Under the pieces are notes generated by a model, which did no database searches, was not told the DNA's origin, and saw nothing but the letters and a program-made list of their open reading frames with translations. A DNA stretch of 64,000 nucleotides from Calcarisporiella thermophila CBS 279.70 (lineage: Eukaryota > Fungi > Calcarisporiellomycota): assembly GCF_041956535.1 (NCBI RefSeq), contig NW_027192218.1:201728-265727 (forward strand), in the 5' to 3' direction. The number at the start of each line of letters is the position of its first letter. Position 1 is the first letter of the stretch. Below are positions 11,001 through 24,459 of this stretch, piece after piece. Both the position numbers and the translations under genes were made by a program.

Positions 11001-13558
11001 AAATGTACGAAAAAGCTGTGGAATGTAATCCTCGCTTTGACGTTGCGCTTGCGAACCTTGGCAATGCTGTGAAAGATATGGGACGGGTGCAAGATAGTGT
11101 GCAGTGGTATATGCGAGCGGTGGAGGTGAATCCTAATTTTAGTGAGGCCATCTGTGGGCTTGTTAATGCGTTGGGAAGTGTTTGCGATTGGCGCGGAAGA
11201 GGCGGGGTAGGAGCTGAATCTGTTGATACGCATGGCAGATTATTGCTTTCCAGTGATCCCAATGCAAGGAGTGGGTGGCTGGGTAAGATGTATGAAATCG
11301 TTGAGCGCCAGTTAGATGAGGGAATCATGTGGGGGCATGGTGTATTATCGTTGTCTAGCCAGGGTTCAAAACTGGGAGAAATTCTTCTGGCTACAGTGCT
11401 TAATGTTTTGGGACCGGAGGCCACTTCACATGGGGACGCTGCGTCGCTTGAACGAGTATGGAGGAAACGAATTGCTACCTGGACGAGCAAGATGCATAGT
11501 AAGCGGAACGAAGGTGGCTGGATAATTCGGCTGATTGAACGACTGATGCGCAGAGTGCAACGACGGTGGTATCTTGACATGTATGGAGCAAACTATGGGA
11601 TGCATTACGTTCAGCAGCAAACTTTGCCTGTGCAGCATCCTCCTCTAATTACACCTGAGGTAGCCCAAAAATATGCACGGCCTATGCTACCGTCCGCTCT
11701 AGCCTCTCCTGCTGTTCCTACGGTGCTCCCTTTCCACACATTTACCTACCCACTGAGTGCCCGCCAAGTTCGCCTGATATCGCACCGAAACGCCTTACGG
11801 ATCTCTCACAGCACATTAACTTCTTCCTGGCTGCCATCCACTGTATATCCACCCCCTCCTCCACCAAACCCGCGAATGCGTATCGGATACGTGTCTTCTG
11901 ATTTTAATAACCATCCACTCGCTCACCTAATGCAATCGGTGTTTGGATTTCACGACCGAAACCGATTTGAGGTATTTTGCTACGCCACTTCACCATCAGA
12001 CAACAGCCCTTATCGTCAGAAGATTGAGCGTGAGGCAGAGCATTTCTTCGACGTTTCAAGCTGGGGCATTCAACAGATTGTAGAACGAATCATCAAGGAC
12101 GGGATACATATACTTGTTAACCTGAACGGATATACCAAAGGGGCACGCAATGAAGTATTTGCTGCGCGGCCTGCCCCAATATTGTGTTCGTTTATGGGAT
12201 TTGCAGGAACATTGGGCGGAGGCTGGTGCGACTGGATTGTTGCCGATGCGATTGTGTGTCCGCCTCAGATGGTTTCGTGTGAAAGATGGCGCGAGCGAAG
12301 ATGGATGGCTGAACAGCGACGTAGACGAACGCTGGCTGAGACGAAAGTTGATTCGGCGATGGAGAGTGCTGTGGGGTCAGATTACGAGACTGAATTTGAT
12401 TTCGAGGGTGACATTGACCCGGAAGAGGAAACCGACGAGTGGGTGTATAATGAAAAATTTATATATATGCCCGATTCGTACTTTGTAAACGACCATCGCC
12501 AAGGATTTCGGGAAGAAGACTATTCTTCCGAATCGCAACTCTCCCAACAACAACCGCAGGACTCGGAGACACGGTGGGCAATTGAGCAAGACAAACGATG
12601 GAAAATGCGGCGAGAACTATTTCCCGGACTGCGCGATGACACTTTTATTTTCGCAAATTTCAACCAATTATACAAGGTAACGCACAACAAATCAATAGAG
12701 TGAAAGACTCTTATTAATTTTTTTTTCATACAGATTGACCCGGCAATTTTCCGTGTATGGCTTCGCATTCTGGCTCGGGTGCCAAACTCTATTCTCTGGT
12801 TACTGCGCTTCCCAGCTGCAGGTGAGGCACATTTATTGCGAACGGCGAAGGACTGGGCTGGAGAAGAGGTGGCCTCGCGAGTTATATTTACCGATGTTGC
12901 GCCTAAACACATACACATCCATCGTGGCCGTATCGCTGATCTCTTCCTTGACACTCCTGAATGCAATGCACACACAACTGCATGCGATATCCTATGGTCG
13001 GGGACCCCCATTGTAACCTATCCTCGTTATGAACACAAAATGTGTTCTCGGGTGGCTGCGAGCATCGCCAAAGCTACCGGGTTTGAGAGGGAGATGGTCG
13101 TGAACAGTGAACAGGAATATGAAGAGAGAGCAGTCGCGCTTGCACAGAGCGTAACCTATGACTATGTGATGTCGCCGACATCTGCGCCCACTAATGGCAC
13201 TCATCCACTTTCCATATCTGCCGTTACTACTCAACAAAACCAGTCCAACGGCGCTGTGCACTACCATCGCTATGGCCGTGGTGCGCTAATGGATCTGCGC
13301 CGACATCTCTTTTTATCGCGTGATTCCTCGAAACTCTTCGACACAAAGCGTTGGACGCGCAATCTCGAACAGGGGTATATGGAGGCGTGGAGGAGGTGGG
13401 TCAGCGGGGAAGAATTCGAAGACTTGGCTCCCTCAAAACGGCATCAGCAAACTGGTTGTATCTGGATTTCTACCGAAGAAGACAAAGGAGATGATAGAAA
13501 GAATGATGTGCAAGATAGGGATGGAAGTATGAAGGCGAGTAAATTAGCTGTGAATTGA
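8025..13558 (+). CDS. OGT: O-GlcNAc transferase (GT41, TPR plus catalytic lobes) with a long Q/S-rich N-terminus
   Basis: Exons 8025-9696, 9753-12676 and 12734-13558. TPRs (EAMSNIGTTLRRMG, HLYTNLGSLLKDMG, ALANLGNAVKDMG) and catalytic motifs GYVSSDFNNHPLAHLMQS, NLNGYTKGARNEVFAARPAP, FANFNQLYKIDP and DTPECNAHTTACDILWSGTP. The start codon is the best guess. Confidence 0.92.
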
Positions 13559-13967
13559 TAAAATCTGCAACGTCGGAGAAATATCCCCGTGCCTTCATAT
13601 TTTTTTTCCGCTGCTATTTGTATTTAATTATTTATCAAGAGAGCGCTTACTATCTGAAATAAATATACATTCTCTTTATGTTTTTTTTTTTTCTTTCTGT
13701 TTGTACTTTTTTGATTTTAAGCTTCATTTTGCTTTTTTTTTTTTCTATCTTTTCTTTTACAGATATTTCTCCACTAAGTGTGCTAAACCGTTATGAGAAG
13801 TGTTGAAGAAACGTGGGGACAAAGTGGGAAAATGAATATTTATTTGAAAGAGAGTGTAATTTTCTTAATGCATTTAAAAGGATTGCATTCACAAAAAAAA
13901 AAAATTCAATCAAGATGAAAACAAAAAAATAAACAGTGGCAGAGCTTATTTGTGCCCAACGAGAAAT

Positions 13968-14885
<918 letters not shown>

Positions 14886-15156
14886 TTAACTCGGAATATT
14901 TATAAAGAAGAAAAAAATCAAATGAGAAACGAAAAATTATGAGAAATTTATTCGTTTTTATTTTTCACTTCGCGAAGAAAAAGGAGAGAAAGGATTTTTA
15001 TGAGGGTGTAGATGAGGGTGCGACTGCGAATTTTAACTCATTTTCTCGCTCACTTTTTTACCCGCCTTGAATTGAAGATAACAACCCGAAAATGAGGGAA
15101 CGAGTGAACAAACTGTCCGTAATTGTAAACGCAATAATAAAAAATTTAACAAAGTA

Positions 15157-16939
15157 TTGATTGCTACATTCACCGATCACAGCGAAAAGACCTCTTTCTC
15201 TTCGAATTTGAAACGTAAAAAAGAGTATAATCGATCTGCTCAAAGAAAGCGTGGTCCAGCCGAGGAGGAGGATTTACTCGTTTTCGGATATGAGGCGAAA
15301 CTCTTTCGAGATGATGAGCTCGCATTGCGTGTAAATCGAGGAGAGTTTATGATTCCGTTTGCAGGATCCAATCCAAAGGAACCCAGTTCTCTAATCTTGG
15401 ATAGGTGAATGTTCAATTTTTTTTTATTCAATTTTATTTTCTGTATCGTGTTTATCCTCAAAAAATATTGATTTGTGTGATAAGTTACTAGTTTTTGAGG
15501 TTCGTAGATGTCACTATCTTCAATATTTCAATATCTATACCTTTACGACTCTACGAACCATATATCTAACTTTTTCTTTGCTTTTGTGTGCTCATACCAT
15601 TTCCTTCTGCTTGACAACGCTTTTTAAGATATGATGTCCGAAATCTTTTGGATACACAGTCTGCCATATGGACCGAACTATCAGATACCTCGACAATGCA
15701 ACGTAATCAGTGGGAGCAAGAAGATACAAGGGAAACGATATTTGATGAAGAGAAGGGCTCAGATGTGCTTGTCCTTGACCTTCTTGAGAGAGAGCGGTAT
15801 GGTGATCTAGATTCTGATGAAGAGTTGATATTTGAAATGGATAGCGATGAGAGGAATATATATATAGGTTCGCAAATATCCATGACAGGGTATTCGTTTT
15901 ATAGCTATTAATGAACATATGTACCCGATTAACTAGAGGAAAAACGAAAGCGACAAGTAATGGAGGCTAAAGGAAATCTCTATAGCTTTGACTATAACCA
16001 GGAGAAAGGTAGGTGGTGGAAATTTTGGTCAATATCTAATATACTCCGTGATTAGTCGATAATGACTTTATACCCTAGTTCCAGAACCAACTCTAGAAGA
16101 TGTAAAGCTAGCTTTCAGTGTTCCTTCTGAGATAACAAAAGTACGCAAAAATAGCTATTCGAGCACAATATTTGCACGAACTTTGCTTATCATTATTAAA
16201 TTTATTAGCCAACCACACAAAGGCAAGCTGATATTGTTGAGCGAACCGCTACATTTATTGCTTCCTCAAGTGACCCAGTGCAAATGGAGATTATGGTCCA
16301 AGTGAAACAATCTAGGAATCCTTTGTTTGCTTTCCTGAATAAGGACGATCCGCTCTATGGATTTTATCGCTACGTTCTTCAACACAAGAGCAGTGTAATT
16401 GAGATGGATCTTGAAAATACACTACACCAAGATAATACAGCATCGACATCCTTGCTTCAAAATCCTGTCACATCCGATGGCGAAAATATACCTGAAAATA
16501 TCGAGTAAGTCTAACTGAATGTAGGTAATATTTTAACGTGTTTCAATTTTGTATTGAATATTGCAGAGTCCCTCAGCTTGAGCTGAAGCAAGTTATCGAT
16601 AAGACAGCATCTTTTGTTGCTCGAGCAGACAAGTCCTTTGAAGCTTTAATCCTCGAGCGATACGTGAATAATCCTACATTTAATTTCTTGCAGTCTTCCA
16701 ATACTTCTAATCCATATTACATTTGGCGGGTTCAAAATCTAAGATCGCGCTATAATCCTACAGCGGACAGCAACTCTGAACCTGTTTCTGAGAGCGCTTC
16801 ATCTGATATAGAATCAAAACTCAGAGGTGGGAGAGAAAATTCGGAGGAAATGGTGCACAATGACTTGGATAAGAAAAAAGCAGACAGGCTGGCGAAAGCA
16901 AAGATGTTTGTAGCTAGGCTCAACCTTGACAAAAGCTAA
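15157..16939 (+). CDS. Suppressor-of-white-apricot (SWAP/SFSWAP)-like splicing regulator: DRY_EERY-type domain plus two SURP domains
   Basis: LLVFGYEAKLFRDDE...LILDR|YDVRNLLD...ERERYGDL; SURP1 DIVERTATFIA...QMEIMVQVKQSRNPLFAFLNKDDPLYGFY; SURP2 VIDKTASFVAR...NPTFNFLQ...NPYY. The true start is unresolved (possibly the ATG at 15092 via an intron). Confidence 0.82.
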
Positions 16940-17142
16940 GGTGGTGCTTGATCTCAACTATATTATCCATATATAATCTCATTATATCAATATCAATTGT
17001 TTACCTTGTATTATAATTTTCAGCTATATTGGTTGATTTGATACTAGCAGGACGTTTGCATTTATTCGAATAAAATACATAATGCTTAAAATAGAATAAT
17101 ACAACTCGAAAAGTTATATACCGACGATTCTCGAGATATATT

Positions 17143-19180
17143 TCAGCCGAAAAGAGTTTTATACTTAAGGAAATTATGAATCAGAGTCCGTGCAATGAAA
17201 ATAAAGATCAAGCTATTACTTACTGTTTTCAGTGGGGGGGTAGGAGCAATTTCTTCATCCTCTAATACCATTGCATCGATAGGCAAGTTTTCTTGATTCT
17301 CTTTGCCATTCAATTCATTATTAGAAGCAGTTGAAGTCTCATAAACAGCAGCATTGTGAGGGATGCTATTATTTGCGCCCGATTGCTGTCGTATCATATT
17401 GGCGTGTCTGGGGGACAAATGAGGATCAAGCTCAAGTGAAGATCCAAATGGGAAAAGGGCTCCTATAGTTGCATTCCCGGAATGATTTTCACGATCCGGC
17501 ACATCAACCTGCATCATAGACATGGTCGGTGTCTGCGATTTTGGCTTTTGTTGATGTCGCTCGGATGGAGGGACTATTTGCTGTACTTGGGGAGTCTGCT
17601 CCAGTTGCGGTAGCTGGTAAATATCTCTTGATGCAAATAGCTGCTCGCCTCTTAGACCGAATTTTGAATCGTCGTTAGCTTTGTTTTCTATTAGAGATCC
17701 CTGCAATGCCAGAGGAGCCTGCTCAAGATTATCTGGCCGGAGTGAGTAGGGCTTTTGATCGTTGGCAATCACTGGTATCGATTCTTGACCACTTCTTACA
17801 AAATTAGCGACTTGATTTGGTGAGTTTTTCGCATATGATGAATGCTCTTCTGGGAATCCAAGCGAAGGGTCAGCAAGCCCTCTTCCAGAGGAAGTTTGAG
17901 ATTGACCCATCTGTTCGGATAAGGTAGCAAGGACAAAATCTGCAGATACATGATCGGCGTGCTCAAAAGTCAGGAGAAGCGGCCTAACAATGAAAAATTA
18001 GTGGCTCTCCCCTCAAAATAAAACTGAAATGGAGTGTAAATAACTCACTTTCCAGGAGAGTCAAACCAAACTGACAAACTTAAATTCATCGCTTCAGCAT
18101 AGGCAATTATCGCCTAAAGTGATAGTTTTTCAAGGAAAAATGTTATCGTATATAAGAATATATACCCAATAGTTTACCTTGAATTCCTTCAAATTAAAGG
18201 TTAATTCTATATCGCACTGAACATTGAACTTCTCAAATTCTTCGACATCGACACCAAGCTCTGTAGATAGAGGCCGCTTATAGAAATCCTCTATGTACCA
18301 AAATCTTGAATAGTCATCCTTAATGTCAATATAGCATTAGTATTGTTATTATACCTGCTTGTTCAGCAGCAAGGCCTTCATCGGTAAAGCTCCTAAAACG
18401 TATCCACCCGGGGCCACAAGACATAGTAATTTCGTCCAGTTTGGTATGAAAATGTGCTATCCAATTGGAGAGTGTATGAGGGGATATAGTAAAATGGTGG
18501 GAGCAATTTCGTTTATCATAGATGGCGTGGAATGTCTCGCACTGCTCGTAGATAAGTTTATGTGTTTTAACAATACCTATAATCTCATACGATTATAAAA
18601 ATAAGAAAAATTATCAATTACTTTAAGTAGGATATTACCAAATCTACAAAACATTTGCACAACTAGTCGACATTCGGAAGCTCCGTTATCTTCACTTGTG
18701 ACATCCACGTTCACAGCCTCTTCAAGTCGTAACTCACATCTCTCAATAGATTTGACTGTATTCGCTTTCCCACGAAATAGAGGCGCTACTGCCTTCAGTA
18801 GTATTTTGCAGCGTAATGCCAGCTGTTCGCCGCCCTCACTGGTATTCTTTATTTCATAATTTTCAAAAAATCTTGGAGAAAAGGTGAATATAGCAAAAGC
18901 CGATCGAGACGAGTTAATAGTAGAGAGGAGAAACTATGATGAAAATACCGTTGAAATCAACCTTCGGATCTCTTTGACTTGACATTTAAGAAGAATTCTT
19001 TGACTAACCTGGTGTTTTCTCGCCTCGATAAAACCCTCCTCTCCGATTTTTGTTAAACATGCGAGTACTCTGGAAAAAACTAAGCACATATTTAAGTTTA
19101 GACATTGATTAACAGATTAATGTGGCATTTTAACCTTTAATGTTCCCTGACGGTATAACAGCCCGAAGCAAATATGTCAT
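17143..19180 (-). CDS. RAD9: 9-1-1 checkpoint clamp subunit Rad9 (RAD9A/Ddc1 family)
   Basis: Spliced: MTYLLRAVIPSGNIKV|FSRVLACLTKIGEEGFIEA, LSTINSSRSAFAIFTFSPRFF, KTHKLIYEQCETFHAIYDK, LSTELGVDVEEFEKF, LTFNLKEFKAIIAYAE, WFDSPGKPLLL. A long disordered tail ends APTPP...KTLFG. Confidence 0.88.
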
Positions 19181-19234
19181 TTTTATCTTAGACAAATGCT
19201 CACGATAAGTTTTCCAGTTACTCCGAATATCTCT

Positions 19235-19240
19235 ACGCGT
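19235..19240. promoter_or_regulatory. MCB-like ACGCGT element in the Rad9/Rce1 divergent promoter
   Basis: Exact ACGCGT 55 nt upstream of the Rad9 ATG. Function inferred from MBF-type G1/S regulation of repair genes in other fungi. Confidence 0.35.
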
Positions 19241-19302
19241 TTAAATGAAATACAAGCCACCCTATATTTCTCTAACGGGATTGCTGTTCAAATACTAGGT
19301 CC

Positions 19303-20630
19303 ATGATGGCCGCTACTACATCTTTATCATACCCTATTCCAGCTTGGGTGGCCCTCGCTTCATGTTTTTTACTCACATGTTGTTTTGTTGGGGGGTTCTA
19401 TTTATTCAAAGATTATCGCACTGGTGGCAAGCAGCAATTGTCTAAAGATAATCCTCGAGTAATTTTGCAACGTTTTAAAAGCATTGCATTAGTATGTGCA
19501 TTATGTCCTTTATATGTATGCTGGATCCTCCGATTATATAACAAATTTTCGGTTGGAGAAAAGGTAAAATTAATTATCCGTCCATTCTTAATACTTTCAA
19601 CTAACATACATTAAATGTATAGGCATTACATTCACAATTAGTATTGACCCTGCAGCTCATGGGATGCATTCCCATGAAATGGAATCCATTCACTATCTTT
19701 CTTGCATGTCTCTTGCCCCTGTTGTTAACTTTCATACTTTTTCTTGGCCCTTTATCCATTCTCTATTTCGAGGAGTATCTTCCATTTCAGCGACACTTTG
19801 TATTTTATCGCGACGTTGTAGAAACAATATCCAGCTTAATAGGTGTACGCAACTATATTGTGGTAGGTATAAAATTAAATGCACCTATATTATAAATATA
19901 TATATTATTAGTATATAATATTTAGGGTCCGCTTTCTGAAGAATTCGTTTTTCGCGCAACGATGGTTCTTCTCTTATATAACGCTGGGTTCTCTCGATTA
20001 AGCATCGTTTTTGGTTTACCATGCTTCTTTGGCCTAGGCAAGATCTAGCTGATTTCTTTATTTTTAGAGAAAACGTCTAATTCACACTGCCACTATAGCC
20101 CATATACATCATGCATGGGAGTACTATAATAACAATGGGAAAAATCGACGGGCAATGATACAAGCATGCCTTAGAGCAGGTATGTTTTCCTTGAGAAAAT
20201 TTATATGAAAATTATACTAAAGGGTACCCAAAAAGGCTTTCAATTTTTCTATACTACAGTTTTCGGCTGGTATTCAACTTTGTTATTCCTCAGGACAGGT
20301 AGCTATTTTAAGCTAAGAGATAAAGCAAAATTATTCTTGGAACTAATGGTTGTTTATCGAGAAAAGGCAGCATTCTTGCGCCTACTATCTGTCATATATT
20401 TTGCAATTGTATGGGATTCCCTGATTTTGCTGCAATAGGATATTACCCAACAAGAATTCGGATAAGTAAATATTTAATATCCCATTCCGCCCTTTTTAGA
20501 ATATCTTATAAAACTCTTCTTTGTGTTAGTCATGATTGCAGCGTTTTTAACGGGGATATCATGTTTTATCTTTTTACTTATGCCCATGACGAATCCAAGT
20601 TTGTTTGGAGGATCAATATACTGGATATAG
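19303..20630 (+). CDS. RCE1: CAAX prenyl protease 2
   Basis: Multi-TM protein with RNYIV|GPLSEEFVFRA, CFFGLAHIHHAWE, FQFFYTTVFGWYS..LFLRTG and APTICHIFCNCMGFP. Includes a GC-AG intron at 20038-20098. Confidence 0.93.
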
Positions 20631-20821
20631 AGTGATAGAGGAATGTATTTAGTTTATAAATAAACTGCATCAAAAGAACTCATTTAGAGATTGTGGCTTC
20701 AATTTAGGCTGGCTGAGCGACTAACCAACCAATCAATTCCTCCCCATTTTACCTCTAATTTCTGGCCTATTCTGAACGAATTTTCTGGCGACTTGTCGCT
20801 TTTACCTGTTTCTTGATCAGC

Positions 20822-21983
20822 ATGGACAAGCAACAGCCACCTCCTCCACCTCATACAGATCAGTTGTTTGCTGATGATATCAAACATCCTGAAAAAATAT
20901 CGACCGATCCCATCTATAAGCAGGTGGATGTTCTTTATATGATGCATTGCTAAATGTTTTTTAATTTTAACTTTGCCTACGATTTAGGGATTCATTGAAG
21001 GCTTCGAAGAAGGGCGAAAAAATTCGCAGCTCTACGAAAAGGGTGTCCGTGTAGGGAAAGCGCAAGTACAGATGCTTGCAACTATGGAAGTGAAGAAAGA
21101 TTTCGACCGCATAATTCAACGGCATATAGATGAAAAGCGAGCAATTGAATCACACTATAAGACAGAAATGGCAACTTTGAAAGAAAAGCTCGCTATGGTT
21201 GAACAGAAGTTATTGCGGAGGGAACAGGATTACATTCGTATGGAGTCAAATTATCTTGAAGATAAAAAGGCAATTCGAGCAACTGACGATGATCTTTCCA
21301 CCATACGTGAGCAATTCAAGAAGTTAAAATATAGCATATCCCAAATGCTATTAGTTGCTGCGAGTAAATGCGATCGACAAGCAGCAACCGCATTTATCGG
21401 CGAGACATTTAAGGAGCTTATTCAATACAACCTCCAAAATCCTATGGAAATACCCTTTATATCTATGTTTATGGAAAAATATGTTATGACCTTTCTTATT
21501 GAAGAGTTCCTCATGGCACCGCTTCTACCTGGGTTAGAAATCAGCAACCCCTACTTCGAAGTGTACAATTGGTTATTACAACGTCAACCACAATGGGCAA
21601 CCCGCTTACGGCAACAAATAACTGCAGCCGCTGTCCGAGATAAAGAGAGTCAGGAAAAGATGGCATCTGCTGCAGCAAGGGCAGCAGATGAACTTGCCGC
21701 AATCTTTATGCGAGTTTATCCAAGATGGTCTGACAATAACAATAAGCTTGGTGACATTACGAATATGACATTGCAGCTAAGTATCGCAATGAGAGGACAG
21801 GAAATTGAGATTCATCCTCTACCCATTAAGGAGGGACAGCAAGAATTCGACCCAGAGATTATGGAAATGGACGCAAAATCTCGAATGGATAGTGGTCGAG
21901 TCACATTCTGCATCTGCCCGCCTTTCATTGGAGGTGATGGTGACCATGGCTTTTTGGAAAAGGGAAAGGTATATCTCGGTTAA
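20822..21983 (+). CDS. Uncharacterised coiled-coil protein with a GrpE/GIL1-IRKI-like C-terminal motif
   Basis: Exon 20822-20923, intron 20924-20987, exon 20988-21983, in frame. Heptad-rich N-half; C-terminus FDPEIMEMD...RVTFCICPPF...EKGKVYLG. Confidence 0.75.
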
Positions 21984-22261
21984 ATAGAAAATTGGAGAGC
22001 ATGGTAGATGCAGAAGAATTGGGTTAATGACAGAAGAATCAATTTTTTTTTATTTGGTATGCACACTTTCAAGTGCGTCATAGGTTATGAATTAAGCCTA
22101 ATGTAACACTTATATATTTTTGCACAATTCTTATGGTGATTCTGTTTATCATTATTCTTTTCCCTTTAATTGGTTTTATTTCAACCTATTTTATTATAAA
22201 TGTCAACAATCTTAACCCGAGTGCACGCTAACATATTAACTACTTGAGTAAATATGCCTGA

Positions 22262-23351
22262 TTACTGAACATTTGCGGCACCGCTGGCTTCCCACGCAGA
22301 AATGATAAAGCGCACGACTTCATTAACACCTACGCCGTGCTTTATCTGTGTGAAGATAAAAGGTCCTCCTTGACGCATTTTGGTTGCATCTCGTGACATC
22401 ACACTAAGATCAGCGCCCACTTGCTCGGCAAGATCAGTTTTGTTAATGATAAGCAAATCCGACTGGGTAATACCGGGTCCGCCTTTGCGAGGTATTTTAT
22501 CGCCGCCCGATACATCGATAACATATATTATCAAATCAGCTATCAAAAAGCTTAAGGTCAAATATTTTTCCACATTCAAGATAACGGAAACGCAATAAGT
22601 TACCTAACTCTCTGCTGTAGTTGGCGGCTAAATTGTCGCCCCCCGACTCCACGAGAAGTATCTGGGTATTAAATTTCACGTGGAGAATTTCGAGAGCATT
22701 CAGGTTGGCAGATATATCCTCCCTAATAATAAAGATAAGTAGGATGAAGTAACAAAGATGACAAATCGCATATGTACCTGATAGCCTATAGATACCATAC
22801 CAAATAAATATTAATCAACTTTGAAACTAAAGGGTAAAGTGTAAATATGAATCATACCGCGTGAGGACAGCTTCCAGTCTCTATTGCACATATTCTCTCG
22901 GAGGGAAGAGCCTCATTGCGTACTAAAAACTCAGTATCTTCCTTGGTGAAAATGTCATTGGTAACACATGCAATCGAATATTTGTCGCGTAATGCTTTAC
23001 AGAGGGCCAGCATTAAAGCTGTCTTCCCTGAGCCAACGGGACTTCAAAAAAAAAAAAAATAAATTGCGTAGAATAAAAATTTTATATAGCTTATTAAAAT
23101 TACCCTCCAATTCCAACGGTAAATGCACGCTCTGCCCAATTACGTTTATTAAATGAGGGAAGTGGTCTGCCCAAGAATGAGCCCGGATGGTCCATTTGCT
23201 CGTGCGTATGTCCATGAGAGTGGTCATGAACGTGGCCATGCGCGTGGGCATGTGCGAGGTCATGTAAGTGCGAATGATTATGCTCAAGAACTGCGTTTAT
23301 AGTGTGGGTAGGATCTTCAAAACGACAGACATTTTTCGCGTCCGACTCCAT
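22262..23351 (-). CDS. ureG: Urease accessory GTPase UreG with His-rich N-terminus
   Basis: [35 protein letters not shown]|[24 protein letters not shown]|AIR|[50 protein letters not shown]. Confidence 0.96.
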
Positions 23352-23443
23352 TTTCAAGCAATGTTGCAACCTCAAAATTTTACGTCTTTTTAATAAAACT
23401 AAAATCAAAAAAATGGCCACCTTTATATTAAAATTCAACACTT

Positions 23444-23453
23444 GTGACGTCAC
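23444..23453. promoter_or_regulatory. CRE/ATF-type palindrome GTGACGTCAC in the ureG/RPL11 divergent promoter
   Basis: Perfect 10-bp palindrome containing TGACGTCA, at the midpoint of a 193-nt head-to-head gap. Confidence 0.4.
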
Positions 23454-23544
23454 CATTCAGTAGCGGATTGACGATAACTTGAGAAATGAGATGTAACGAG
23501 GGTTTTTCTTCCTCTTTGACCGGCTTTTCTTCGAGATAGATATC

Positions 23545-24255
23545 ATGGTAAGCATAAGTTACGGAGTGTAGTAGATGGATGGATAGATGGATGGATGAAA
23601 GATATATGTTAATGTTGATGAAATGTTGATTTTAAAATTTTATTCCAACATTGAAGAGCGCCGACGACAAGAAGACCGCCACCAATCCGATGAAGGAGCT
23701 GCGGATCGAAAAGCTCGTTCTCAACATCTGTGTCGGCGAGTCCGGTGACCGTCTGACCCGTGCTGCTAAGGTGCTCGAGCAACTTACCGGCCAGCAACCC
23801 GTCTACTCCAAGGCCCGTTATACTGTGCGTACATTTGGTATTCGTCGTAACGAAAAGATTGCCGTACACGTCACTGTTCGAGGACCCAAAGCAGAGGAGA
23901 TCCTTGAACGTGGACTTAAAGTGAAGGAGTATGAACTTCGCAACCGCAACTTCTCCGGCACTGGCAATTTTGGATTTGGTATCCAAGAACACATTGATTT
24001 AGGAATTAAGTATGATCCTTCCATTGGTATCTACGGTATGGACTTTTACGTCGTCATGGGTCGCCCTGGCCTCCGTGTTAGTCGCCGTAAACGTTGTGTG
24101 CAAAAGATCGGATTCCAGCATCGCGTTACCAAGGATGAGACCATCAAATGGTTCAAACAGAGGGTAAAAATATATTTTCACCTATCAACCGGTAAACTAT
24201 CTAACCAATATTTTATTTTCCCCTCCAGTTCGATGGTATCGTTTTAAACAAGTAA
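23545..24255 (+). CDS. RPL11: 60S ribosomal protein L11 (uL5)
   Basis: ATG-only first coding exon (23545-23547), intron to 23656, then [34 protein letters not shown]...[23 protein letters not shown]; final exon FDGIVLNK*. Confidence 0.98.
23574..23598 (+). repeat. Imperfect (GATG)n microsatellite in RPL11 intron 1
   Basis: agatggatggatagatggatggatg read directly from the sequence. Confidence 0.7.
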
Positions 24256-24459
24256 ATATACTTGTGCTTATTCCCAATGAGCAATAAATTTTTTTTTATT
24301 TTTTCTCCTCACTTTTGATAAAGTGTTTTCCCAGTTTTGAACACTGGATAATGTTTAGGATATGATTTATTTTAAGGAAAAACTTTAAAATACTGAAGCA
24401 AGCATAAAATAGTATTAAGGGATCCTTGGTAATTATGTGAATTAAAGTAGCATATAAAT

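Noticed and set aside
9220-13532. Many antisense and alternative-frame ORFs inside OGT (e.g. 10909-11580, 223 aa)
   Set aside because: Expected shadows of a long, GC-richer coding region; no domain signal.
23548-23656. Possible intronic C/D snoRNA in RPL11 intron 1 (TGATGA present)
   Set aside because: No downstream CTGA D box and too little room before the acceptor.
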